A program made the translations under genes and the position numbers. Below, one piece after another: positions 8,549 to 16,976 of a stretch of 32,000 bases of DNA. Origin of the DNA: an uncultured delta proteobacterium (GTDB taxonomy: Bacteria > Desulfobacterota > Syntrophorhabdia > Syntrophorhabdales > WCHB1-27). The notes beneath the pieces were generated by a model that did no database searches, was not told where the DNA came from, and saw nothing but the letters and a program-made list of their open reading frames with translations. The DNA lies in contig CAWFMJ010000024.1 in NCBI GenBank assembly GCA_963816715.1, forward strand, positions 14,111 to 46,110, written 5' to 3'. Each line of letters starts with the position of its first letter. Positions within the stretch are counted from its first letter, which is position 1.

Positions 8549-10651
8549 GTGGGGGGCGTTCCTGGAAGCCTCAACGTCAGGTCCGCCAGAAATGCCAAGG
8601 AGCTCCAGCGGCATGTGGTTTGCATGCAAGATAATCGTATGTCTGGAGAACCTGATAGAAAAGAGGCCCTTCGCAAACCGAAAAAACAATACTGCAGGCC
8701 TTTCGAAACGTTGCCCGACGGATTCGCCTCGGTAGACCTGAATGGACGGATTATTGACAGTAACCCTACTTTCCAGGCGATGGTGGGATATACTCGCGAA
8801 GAACTCTCCGGCCTTTCGTATCATCGACTAACCCCCGAGAAGTGGCACGCCCGTGCGGACAAGATCATCAGGGAGCAGGTATTGAAGAGGGGCTATTCCG
8901 GGGTCTGCGAGATGGAGTGCCTGAGAAAAGACGGAACGGTTTTGCTCGTCGAGGTCAGAGCCCACCTCCTCAAGGATGAAAGCAGCGGCCCCGCGGAGAT
9001 ATGGGGGTTTATCAGGAACACTGCCAAGCGCAAAAACATGGAAGAGACTGTGCGGGAAAGCGAGGAGAAGTTCAGACTCCTTTTTGAGAAGTCGGTCGAC
9101 GCCGCGCTCCTCCTGGATGGGGATACGTTCGTAGACTGCAACGAGGCTGCCTTAGAGCTCATGCGTTGTACGGCAAAGAACCAGCTCGTGGGGCTTCGTC
9201 CCTCCGACATCTCCCCGGAGAGACAGCCCGACGGCCGCTTATCTTCAGAAAAAGCCGAGGAACTCGCCGATGTCGCCCTGGGGGAGGGCGTCAGCCGTTT
9301 CGAATGGGTGCACCGGAATTTTTCCGGCGAAGAGCTCTGGATCGAAGTCTCTCTCACCGGCATTCCCATTCGAGGAAAACAGATGATGTACACGGTGTGG
9401 AGGGATATCGCCGAACGCAAGAAGGCCGAGGCTCGGCTGAGGGAATCTGAGGAGCGTTACCGGATAGCCGTTGAACATTCCAACGACGGAGTGGCTATTG
9501 TCAGCGGGCAAAGAAACGTATACGCGAATCAGAAATTTCTTGACATTCTCGGCTACGAGAGACCTGAGGAGATTATTGAAGAATCTCGTCTGCTCGGCGC
9601 GCACCCCGACGATCGGGAGATGGTGGCGGAGTATGCTCGCCGAAGGGAGCAAGGAGAGTCGGCGCCCCTGCGTTATGAATTCAAGGGGATGCGGAAGGAC
9701 GGCACGAAGCTCGACATGGAAGCTTCTGTTGCCTGCATCACTTACCACGGGAAACCAGCCTCACTCGCCTATCTCAGGGATATAACGGAGCGTAAGCTGG
9801 CGGAAGCGGAATTCAGGAGAAGCGAAGAGAGATACCGGAAGATTTTTGAGAATGCCATCGAGGGCATCTTTCAGACTACTCCTGAGGGGAGATTTTTGAA
9901 CGCCAACCCTGCTCTCGCCAGGATGTTCGGGTACGAATCGCCCGAAGAACTCATGGAAAAAGTCACCGACGTGGGGTGTCAACTTTACGCGGGTCCGGAA
10001 GACCGCGAGAACATCATAGCCTTCGTCCAGAAGCAGGGCGTCCTGAGAAACGTCGAGCTGCAGTTTCTGCACAAGGAAGGATTCAAGATCTGGGTCTCAT
10101 TAAACTACAATACGATTCAGGACGCGGACGGGAACACGCTCTATTATGAAGGAACATGCATAGATATCTCCGAACGCAAGCTTGCCGAGGAAGCGCTCAA
10201 GAAAAGGGAGAAAGAACTGGAGATCAAGTCCCTGAACCTGGAAGAGGCCAATACGGCGCTAAAGGTGTTGCTGAAACACAGACAAGAGGATAAGACAGCG
10301 CTCGAAAACACAATCCTCGCTAATGTCAGGGAAATGGTCTTTCCCTATATTGAGAAGCTGAAAGGCAGCCATCTCGGTGATAATCAGTTGACCTACTTGA
10401 ATATTCTGGAGTCGAGTTTGAATGAAATTGTTACGCCCCTTTCGCAGAAGATGGCCGCAGGCTACGCCCGCTTTACACTGATGGAGATTCAGGTAGCGAC
10501 ACTGACCAGAGCCGGAAAGACGAGCAAAGAAATCTCGGGGCTTCTTGGCTTGTCCAAGCGTACCATTGACACCCATAAGAATAACATGAGAAAGAAACTC
10601 GAACTGAGCAATAAGAAAGTCAATCTGCAGGCCTATCTGAGGACCATGTAG
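8549..10651 (+). CDS. Multi-PAS domain sensor/regulator with C-terminal LuxR-type helix-turn-helix (true start uncertain)
   Basis: Repeated PAS/PAC signatures (GRIIDSNPTFQAMVGYTREEL, GDTFVDCNEAALELM, RDITERKLAEAEF, CIDISERKLAEEAL) and C-terminal LTRAGKTSKEISGLLGLSKRTIDTHKNNMRKKLEL. Confidence 0.88.
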   Translation: MGGVPGSLNVRSARNAKELQRHVVCMQDNRMSGEPDRKEALRKPKKQYCRPFETLPDGFASVDLNGRIIDSNPTFQAMVGYTREELSGLSYHRLTPEKWHARADKIIREQVLKRGYSGVCEMECLRKDGTVLLVEVRAHLLKDESSGPAEIWGFIRNTAKRKNMEETVRESEEKFRLLFEKSVDAALLLDGDTFVDCNEAALELMRCTAKNQLVGLRPSDISPERQPDGRLSSEKAEELADVALGEGVSRFEWVHRNFSGEELWIEVSLTGIPIRGKQMMYTVWRDIAERKKAEARLRESEERYRIAVEHSNDGVAIVSGQRNVYANQKFLDILGYERPEEIIEESRLLGAHPDDREMVAEYARRREQGESAPLRYEFKGMRKDGTKLDMEASVACITYHGKPASLAYLRDITERKLAEAEFRRSEERYRKIFENAIEGIFQTTPEGRFLNANPALARMFGYESPEELMEKVTDVGCQLYAGPEDRENIIAFVQKQGVLRNVELQFLHKEGFKIWVSLNYNTIQDADGNTLYYEGTCIDISERKLAEEALKKREKELEIKSLNLEEANTALKVLLKHRQEDKTALENTILANVREMVFPYIEKLKGSHLGDNQLTYLNILESSLNEIVTPLSQKMAAGYARFTLMEIQVATLTRAGKTSKEISGLLGLSKRTIDTHKNNMRKKLELSNKKVNLQAYLRTM

Positions 10652-10743
10652 CGGTCTGCGCAATGTACCGGCCTGGTAAACGCAGATTCTGCCCCGGATA
10701 AGCTTGTTCCGGATAGCCCGCCCCTCGTTCACGTTCTTCGAGA

Positions 10744-10763
10744 TACGTAGGATGACCTACGTA
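10744..10763. promoter_or_regulatory. Perfect inverted repeat TACGTAGG-ATGA-CCTACGTA, possible binding site of a LuxR-type regulator
   Basis: 8-bp arms with 4-nt spacer in the intergenic region; additional half-site CTACGCA at 10768-10774, 11 bp from CTACGTA at 10757. Confidence 0.45.
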
Positions 10764-10991
10764 CTAACTACGCATAAATCCAGTATGCACGGACCTTGAT
10801 TTATTACAGCGAATTCCGAAGACCTATCCATGGCGCGATTCAATGGCCAATCGGGGAAGGTCCCGCGGCGGACATTGTGGTCGAAGGCAACGCTGGGAAG
10901 GAAGGGCGCTAATCGTGGACCACGCGAAGGTTTTGAGAGACGCGGACAAGGATGACGCCATCCAAAAGAACAGACAAGGGAGAAGAACGAC

Positions 10992-13196
10992 ATGAGTCTG
11001 AGAAACGTGAAGATCGGAAAGAAGCTCGGTTTCGGATTCGGAATCATCGTACTCCTGATGGTCGTGCTGACAGTAATAGGCGTATCTGGACTGGCGAGCA
11101 TGAAAGGAAAGCTTGACCGGATCGTCAACGTGAACAATGCGCGCATCGAATATGGGAACCGCCTCATACTGGCCGTCGATGACATCATCTTGAATCAGCC
11201 CGAGCTGATCACTTCGAAGTCTGCCGCCAAGAAGGAGGAGGTGAAAAGCAAGATCGAAAGAGCCAGGGCTGAGTACGGGGAGGCCTTGGGCAATCTCGAA
11301 AAACTCCTGGATACGCAGAAGGAAAGAGACCTTGTTAACGCGATAAAGCAGATGATCGCGGGCGCCAAGGAGTCTAACAACAGGATGATGGAGCTGAGCC
11401 TCAACAACGAGATAAACGAGGCGCTCTCGGTTTACTCGAGTCAGGCGCGACCGATGGGAGAAAAAGTGCGGCAGGCGTGCGAGGAATTCATCAGCCTACA
11501 GCAGACGTTGAACAGAACCAGGTACGAAGAGACGGTGGCAACGTGCGCTTTCATCGAGACTTTTCTTATTTTCGTTGCTGGGCTTGCGGTGCTTCTGGGA
11601 ATATCGGCGGCGTACGTTCTCACCCGCATGATCAAGATCCCGCTTCAACACTTGGTGGAGGCCACGGATAAGCTTGCCGCCGGCGACCTCAACATCGCTA
11701 TTGAGTCGGATGCGGACGACGAGATCGGCATGCTCTCCCGTTCTTTTGAACGTATGGTCGGAAATGTGCGCAATTCTGCAGCGGCGTTAGAACAGATAGC
11801 GCGCGGGAACCTGGACATTGACCTCGAGGTCAGATCGGATAATGATCTCCTCAACAAGAACCTCCATACGATGGTTGCAACTCTGAAGAGCGTTAATGAC
11901 GAGATGAATAAGCTTTATCGGGAGCAGAAAGCGGGGGATATCGAGTACCTTATCCCTGTCGACAAATTTGCCGGCGCCTATGAACAGGTGGCGATGGGCG
12001 TAAACGAGGCCGTCAAGCTGCACGTCGATAATGTTCTCAAGATACTCGGCATTTTGTCTTCCTACGCCGAAGGTGATTTCTCGCCAGTTCTCGAGAAACT
12101 TCCCGGCAAGCAGATAATAGCGAACGAGAAGATGGATGCGCTGAGAGATTCCATGAACGAGGTTTCCCGCATTGCCGAAGAGATCGCATCGGGCAACCTC
12201 GTGCTCACGGTGAAAGAGCGCTCAGCCAAAGACGATCTGATGCGATCCTTTGCTGTCATGGTCGCAAAGCTGACCGAAATCGTCAACAGCGTGAAGACCG
12301 CCGCAGACAACGTAGCCGCCGGAAGCGAACAGATGAGCGCAAGCTCCCAACAGGTGTCCCAGGGCGCGACCGAGCAGGCTGCATCCGCTGAGGAAGTTTC
12401 ATCATCTATGGAACAGATGGTCTCCAATATCAGGCAGAACGCCGACAATGCGCAGCAGACCGAAAGGATCGCCCTGAAGGCCGCGCAGGACGCGGAGAAA
12501 GGGGGCGGGGCAGTCATAGAGACAGTAGCCGCCATGAAGGAAATCGCCACGAAGATCACGATAATAGAGGAGATTGCCCGCCAGACGAACCTTCTCGCCT
12601 TGAACGCCGCCATCGAGGCTGCCCGTGCAGGGGAACACGGCAAGGGTTTTGCTGTCGTAGCCGCCGAGGTCCGGAAGCTTGCCGAGAGAAGCCAGGTAGC
12701 AGCCGGCGAGATAAGCAAGCTGTCAGCCTCCAGCGTTGATGTGGCGGAGAAAGCCGGCGAAATGCTCGCCAAGATCGTTCCCGATATCCAAAAAACCGCA
12801 GAATTGGTCAGCGAAATCAACGCCGCAAGCAACGAACAGAACGCCGGAGCTGAGCAGATCAACAAGGCGATTCAGCAGTTGGACCAGGTTATCCAACAGA
12901 ATGCTTCGGCAACAGAGGAGATGGCGTCGACCTGTGAGGAGCTGTCCGGCCAGGCAGGTCAGTTGCAGGATACGGTCGAGTTTTTCAAGGTAGCGGACAG
13001 CGGAGCGGCAGAGCGGCACAAGAGCAGAGGGGTTCAAGGAGGAGGGGCAAAAGGAGCGAATGCTTCTCCACGCCCCCTCGTCGACTCTCCCACGCAAGCG
13101 TCGAGAGATGGAAAAGGCAGCGGCAAGCACGGCAGCATCGCCCTGGACCTGGACAGCGGGAAAGACAAGTTGGACGACGATTTCGAGAGATTCTAG
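10992..13196 (+). CDS. Methyl-accepting chemotaxis protein
   Basis: 734 aa; N-terminal TM, HAMP-like region, signalling tip [44 protein letters not shown]. Confidence 0.95.
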   Translation: MSLRNVKIGKKLGFGFGIIVLLMVVLTVIGVSGLASMKGKLDRIVNVNNARIEYGNRLILAVDDIILNQPELITSKSAAKKEEVKSKIERARAEYGEALGNLEKLLDTQKERDLVNAIKQMIAGAKESNNRMMELSLNNEINEALSVYSSQARPMGEKVRQACEEFISLQQTLNRTRYEETVATCAFIETFLIFVAGLAVLLGISAAYVLTRMIKIPLQHLVEATDKLAAGDLNIAIESDADDEIGMLSRSFERMVGNVRNSAAALEQIARGNLDIDLEVRSDNDLLNKNLHTMVATLKSVNDEMNKLYREQKAGDIEYLIPVDKFAGAYEQVAMGVNEAVKLHVDNVLKILGILSSYAEGDFSPVLEKLPGKQIIANEKMDALRDSMNEVSRIAEEIASGNLVLTVKERSAKDDLMRSFAVMVAKLTEIVNSVKTAADNVAAGSEQMSASSQQVSQGATEQAASAEEVSSSMEQMVSNIRQNADNAQQTERIALKAAQDAEKGGGAVIETVAAMKEIATKITIIEEIARQTNLLALNAAIEAARAGEHGKGFAVVAAEVRKLAERSQVAAGEISKLSASSVDVAEKAGEMLAKIVPDIQKTAELVSEINAASNEQNAGAEQINKAIQQLDQVIQQNASATEEMASTCEELSGQAGQLQDTVEFFKVADSGAAERHKSRGVQGGGAKGANASPRPLVDSPTQASRDGKGSGKHGSIALDLDSGKDKLDDDFERF

Positions 13197-13205
13197 GGCA
13201 AAGGC

Positions 13206-13239
13206 GGCAGGGGCCGAGGCTTTTTCAGGCCCCCTTGCC
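13206..13239. terminator. GC-rich hairpin downstream of the MCP gene
   Basis: GGCAGGGGCC ... GGCCCCCTTGCC imperfect inverted repeat ten nt after the MCP stop. Confidence 0.4.
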
Positions 13240-13394
13240 CCCTGAACCCACTTTTCCAATAGGGAGGCTAACGAAGAGCGTGCCGTGTGCTTCGTGGCGT
13301 CAACAAAAGCGAGACTTTGCGAGCGCAGGAATGAAACCTGCGACCCACCCATGACCCTTCCAGACTACACCTTATTGAATTTATTGAGTATAAA

Positions 13395-13425
13395 TGGCGG
13401 AGGGAGAGGGGAATTCGAACCCGGG
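13395..13425 (-). pseudogene. Orphan tRNA 3'-end-like fragment (tRNA-Ser-like), possible attachment-site remnant
   Basis: Minus strand CCCGGGTTCGAATTCCCCTCTCCCTCCGCCA contains GGTTCGAAT (T-loop-like) and CTCCCTCCGCCA (acceptor/CCA-like); no D-arm or anticodon arm upstream, and spacing is 2 nt longer than canonical. Confidence 0.4.
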
Positions 13426-13433
13426 CCTGCTTG

Positions 13434-13871
13434 TCAGGGTGATTCGTACAGCGATTCGGGCAGCGATTCTATATACGCCTTGATCTCGTCTCGCACGCGC
13501 CGGTAGTGCCGCATGGCCTGCTCTTTGTCCGGGGCGTCTTTTGCGAGCCGGGGCGGATCCTCAAAACTGCGGTGGATGAGAGCCGTTTTGGCGGGGAAGA
13601 AGGGACAGGTCTGCTGGGCATCGTCGCAGAGGGTGATGACGTAATCAAACTCCCTATCGCCCAGCTCTGCCACCGATTTGGACCGCTGCCCGGAGATATC
13701 AACGCCTGCTTCCTCCATGGCCCGCACGGCCCGTGGATCGACGCCTTGAGGCTGGGTTCCCGCCGAGTACGCTTCCAGAATGTCTGCCTTCAAGCGTTTT
13801 GCCCATCCTTCGGCCATCTGGCTGCGGCAGGAATTGCCCGTACAAAGGAACAACACTTTCAGTTTCCGCAT
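13434..13871 (-). CDS. arsC: Low-molecular-weight phosphatase-fold (thioredoxin-type) arsenate reductase
   Basis: MRKLKVLFLCTGNSCRSQMAEGWAKRL (CxxxxxR(S) loop), VITLCDDAQQTCPFFP, HRSFEDPPRL. Confidence 0.92.
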   Translation of the reverse strand: MRKLKVLFLCTGNSCRSQMAEGWAKRLKADILEAYSAGTQPQGVDPRAVRAMEEAGVDISGQRSKSVAELGDREFDYVITLCDDAQQTCPFFPAKTALIHRSFEDPPRLAKDAPDKEQAMRHYRRVRDEIKAYIESLPESLYESP

Positions 13872-13926
13872 GACCTGCTCCGAAAGTCATCCTGCTGAAT
13901 CTTACAGGAATGGCGCCGCCCAATCT

Positions 13927-14229
13927 TTACTGACAGGAGGGGCAGCCGTCGTCATCCACGACGCAACAGGCCTTCTTTCTGCCAAGCATCTTGTTGAGTA
14001 GGCCCGCTGCACAGCCCACACCCGCCCTCACGTTCAGGGAGCCGCTCGGGCAGTTCTGCCGGCAGGCGCCGCACTCGATGCACGCGTCCCGGGAGGCGAC
14101 TTCGATCTTCCCGTTCACAGGCCGGAACACCTCGCGCGGGCAGACGGCAAGGCACATGCCGCAGCCCGTGCACCGGGAAGCGTCAAAGGCGAGAGTGACC
14201 ACATCTTCAAGGTAGAGCAAGGGACGCAT
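13927..14229 (-). CDS. hgcB: HgcB, 2x[4Fe-4S] ferredoxin of mercury methylation
   Basis: 100 aa from ATG at 14229: CTGCGMCLAVCP and CIECGACRQNCP clusters, C-terminal CC and CPSC; directly follows hgcA (5-nt gap). Confidence 0.92.
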   Translation of the reverse strand: MRPLLYLEDVVTLAFDASRCTGCGMCLAVCPREVFRPVNGKIEVASRDACIECGACRQNCPSGSLNVRAGVGCAAGLLNKMLGRKKACCVVDDDGCPSCQ

Positions 14230-14234
14230 GGCTT

Positions 14235-15359
14235 CTACCCTCCCATCGCTGCGGCGGCGATCCACAGAGCGAGGCCCACGGTCATCCCCCCTACTTCGAG
14301 GGGAAGGGCAAGACGCATCTCCTTCTGAACTCCGGAGAGCGACGTATACGTGGAGGCGCCGGTAAAGTTCATCGCCAAAAATGCAGCCAAAGCGGGAATG
14401 GAGAAGAGCTGGGCGAGAGCAGCGGCCACGCCGGGATGCAGGAAGGCGTTGTTGAACGCGAGGGCGCAAAGGGCGAACAGGAAACCCGGGCCGAGGCCCT
14501 TTGTCGAGAAGGCCCTGCCGGGCAGCCAGGGGAGAAGAAGGGGGGCAAGGGTCGCTCCGGCAAGGATCGAGGCGCCGAGGGAAACGGCAGCCGGCAAGAT
14601 CCAGTATGCCGCCTTCGATACAGAGAAGCCGGAAACAAGGAAGAAAAGGATGGAGAGCCCCGCCGCCGCGAGGATACCCCACTTGAGGCCGGGCACAACC
14701 TCCATGGGGACCAGGGCGAGCCTCTCGTTGAGACAAAAATCCTTTGTCCGCATCCGGCCCGTTGCCTTCAGACCGTTTTTGAGGAAGGCAGGCAGGTCGT
14801 CCGCGCGGACCGGGCCGTAAACCACCTGAAAACCGGAGCGCTGCCTTACAACGTGTGCCGATACGCCGGGCGCGCCCAACTGCGGCACGATAAGGCGCCG
14901 ATGGGATACGATGGCCGCGAGGCCGCTCGACTCGATGCGCTCCACCAGCTCGTCCGTCCCGAACGTGCCCTTTCCCGCTGCGCACCAGACGTTAATCCCC
15001 TGCGTGTCGAGGACGAGGATCCACCCATCTATCCCGGCGAGGGCCCTTCTGAGGAGGTCGAAGGTCATCTTGTAGTTCGCGGTCACAAAAACCGGCGATT
15101 CCGGACGGGCAGTTCCTATCCCATACAGGCCGGGCTCGACCGCGTAGCGCATGCGTCCGATCCCCCATCGCGCCTTGAAGGCGCCGAGTCGGTCAGACCC
15201 GCTAAAAATCTGCGATACCCGAGGGACGGCGCCGACGCCGGTCTCTATCGAACCCGTGACGAAAGCCTGATCGAAGCGCGGAGGACTCGCCTGAGCCCTT
15301 TGCTTCGGTCCTCAACAGGCTTTCGCGGCAGGCGTCTTGATCTGGCACAAGGTTTCCAT
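14235..15359 (-). CDS. hgcA: HgcA, corrinoid mercury methyltransferase; the reading frame includes an in-frame TGA (15312-15314), candidate selenocysteine codon (the ORF caller only sees 14235..15152)
   Basis: Cap-helix motif GINVWCAAGKGTFGTDELVERI, RYAVEPGLYGIGT, C-terminal membrane domain. Manual translation upstream of 15152 gives METLCQIKTPAAKAC(TGA)GPKQRAQASPPRFDQAFVTGSIETGVGAVPRVSQIFSGSDRLGAFKARWGIGR-MRYAVEPG; the VPRVSQ...DRLGAFKARWGIGR stretch resembles the known HgcA N-terminus. An additional in-frame ATG lies at 15371. HgcA identity is near certain; the extended model is moderate. Confidence 0.8.
15272..15307 (-). promoter_or_regulatory. Candidate bacterial SECIS stem-loop inside hgcA
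   Basis: Minus strand CGAAGC-AA-AGGGCTC-AGGC-GAGTCCT-CCGC-GCTTCG: 6-bp lower stem, 2x4 internal loop, 7-bp upper stem (one G.U), 4-nt apical loop AGGC; 19 nt between the UGA and the apical loop. Confidence 0.6.
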
Positions 15360-15366
15360 ATTTTCA

Positions 15367-15395
15367 AACATAAACGCTTTCGACGTCCCTGTCAA
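15367..15395 (-). promoter_or_regulatory. Putative sigma70-type promoter for hgcA-hgcB-arsC
   Basis: Minus strand TTGACA (15395-15390), 17-nt spacer, TATGTT (15372-15367). Confidence 0.4.
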
Positions 15396-15460
15396 GAGGA
15401 TATATAAACTATTTTAGATGTGAGGTAACTATTTGATTGACCTGGGCCACGATATGCGTT

Positions 15461-15482
15461 ATCAATATTAATCATACTTGAT
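15461..15482. promoter_or_regulatory. Possible ArsR operator between divergent hgcA and arsR
   Basis: ATCAA-N12-TTGAT inverted arms just upstream of arsR; one more TTTGAT at 15432-15437. Based on symmetry only. Confidence 0.3.
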
Positions 15483-15497
15483 GTAAGCGGAGGGAAA

Positions 15498-15860
15498 ATG
15501 GATGAGCTCCTATCCTTATTCAAAGCGCTGTCGGACGAAACGAGGTTGAGGATAGTAAAGCTCCTGGAGAACGGCGAGCTTTGTGTATGCCATCTCGTGG
15601 CCGCTGTCGACATGTCCCAGCCGAAGGTTTCGTTCCACCTCAAGGTACTGAAGGGGGCGGGGCTGATCAAGGACAGGCGCGAGGGGAAATGGATGTATTA
15701 TCGCCTCAATGAATCGGACCTGTTCAAACGACTCCTTTTTCTGTCCGTCGCCGACCGGGTCCGGGAGGAAGAGATGGCGGCCGACCACGCAAGACTCGAC
15801 GCGTTCAGGACGCCGCGCGCGGATGGGGACCCTGGGACCGGTTGCTGTGTGGGGGCATGA
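15498..15860 (+). CDS. arsR: ArsR/SmtB-family metalloregulator
   Basis: [57 protein letters not shown]; ELCVCHL matches the As(III)-sensing motif. Confidence 0.93.
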   Translation: MDELLSLFKALSDETRLRIVKLLENGELCVCHLVAAVDMSQPKVSFHLKVLKGAGLIKDRREGKWMYYRLNESDLFKRLLFLSVADRVREEEMAADHARLDAFRTPRADGDPGTGCCVGA

Positions 15861-16951
15861 AAATGAACGACACGACCCGCAGACTGTCTTTCCTCGACCG
15901 CTTCCTGACGCTCTGGATCTTCCTCGCCATGTTCGTCGGCGTCGGCTGGGGATATGCCTTCCCCGGCGTGGTGGCTTTCTGGAATCGCTTCCAGAGCGGG
16001 ACAACGAACATCCCGATTGCCATCGGCCTTATCCTCATGATGTACCCACCCCTGGCGAAGGTCAGGTACGAAGAGCTCGGCGAGGTTTTCAAGAACTTCA
16101 AGGTCCTCGGCCTGTCACTCGTGCAGAACTGGGTGGTGGGCCCGATCCTCATGTTCGTTCTCGCGATCGTTTTCCTCGAGGGCTATCCCGACTATATGGT
16201 GGGCCTCATCATGATCGGCCTGGCCCGCTGCATCGCCATGGTCATCGTGTGGAACGACCTTGCCAGGGGAGACGCCGAGTACTGCGCGGGCCTCGTGGCC
16301 TTCAACGCCCTCTTCCAGGTCCTCTTCTTCAGCGTTTACGCCTACGTCTTTATCACGGTCCTGCCCCCGATGCTCGGCCTGAAAGGCGTTGTGGTCAATA
16401 TCACCATAGGCCAGATCGCCAAAAGCGTCTTCATCTATCTGGGCGTTCCTTTCATCGCGGGCGTAGCGACGCGTTTTGTCCTCATTAACGTCAAGGACAA
16501 GGTCTGGTATCACGAGCGGTTCATCCCGAAGATCAGCCCCATCACCTTGATCGCCCTCCTGTTCACGATCCTCGTGATGTTCTCCCTCAAGGGCGAGTAT
16601 ATCGTCAAGATCCCTCTCGATGTAGTCCGCATCGCGGTTCCGCTCCTTGTCTACTTCATCGTCATGTTTCTCGTTTCCTTCTACATGAGCGGCAAGGTCG
16701 GCGCCCACTACGGCCAGGCAGCCACCCTGTCATTTACTGCGGCTTCCAACAACTTCGAGCTGGCGATCGCCGTCGCGGTTGCCGTTTTCGGCATCAATTC
16801 CGGGCAGGCCTTCGCAGCAGTCATAGGTCCGCTGGTTGAAGTGCCGGTGCTGATCAACCTGGTCCATCTGTCTCTGTGGTTCAAGAGGAAATACTTCCCC
16901 TATGCAAGAGAAACAGCAATCGGGGTGTGCTACTACACGTGCAGGCAGTAA
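15857..16951 (+). CDS. acr3: Arsenite efflux transporter, ACR3 family
   Basis: [105 protein letters not shown]; ATGA overlap with the arsR stop. Confidence 0.95.
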   Translation: MKMNDTTRRLSFLDRFLTLWIFLAMFVGVGWGYAFPGVVAFWNRFQSGTTNIPIAIGLILMMYPPLAKVRYEELGEVFKNFKVLGLSLVQNWVVGPILMFVLAIVFLEGYPDYMVGLIMIGLARCIAMVIVWNDLARGDAEYCAGLVAFNALFQVLFFSVYAYVFITVLPPMLGLKGVVVNITIGQIAKSVFIYLGVPFIAGVATRFVLINVKDKVWYHERFIPKISPITLIALLFTILVMFSLKGEYIVKIPLDVVRIAVPLLVYFIVMFLVSFYMSGKVGAHYGQAATLSFTAASNNFELAIAVAVAVFGINSGQAFAAVIGPLVEVPVLINLVHLSLWFKRKYFPYARETAIGVCYYTCRQ

Positions 16952-16976
16952 GACTATTTCGATCAAGGGGGCCGAG

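Noticed and set aside
13395-13485. Complete functional tRNA-Ser gene on the minus strand
   Set aside because: Only the T-loop/acceptor-like 3' part is present; the upstream bases encode the ArsC C-terminus, and the spacing from T-loop to CCA is 2 nt too long.
15150-15152. ATG at 15152 as the true hgcA start
   Set aside because: It would remove the conserved-looking VPRVSQ...DRLGAFKARWGIGR segment. It is kept only as a fallback if the extended model is disproved.
14436-15407. 323-aa plus-strand ORF opposite hgcA
   Set aside because: Composition is Arg/Gly/Glu-rich shadow-type sequence with no family motifs; it is antisense to the clearly conserved HgcA.
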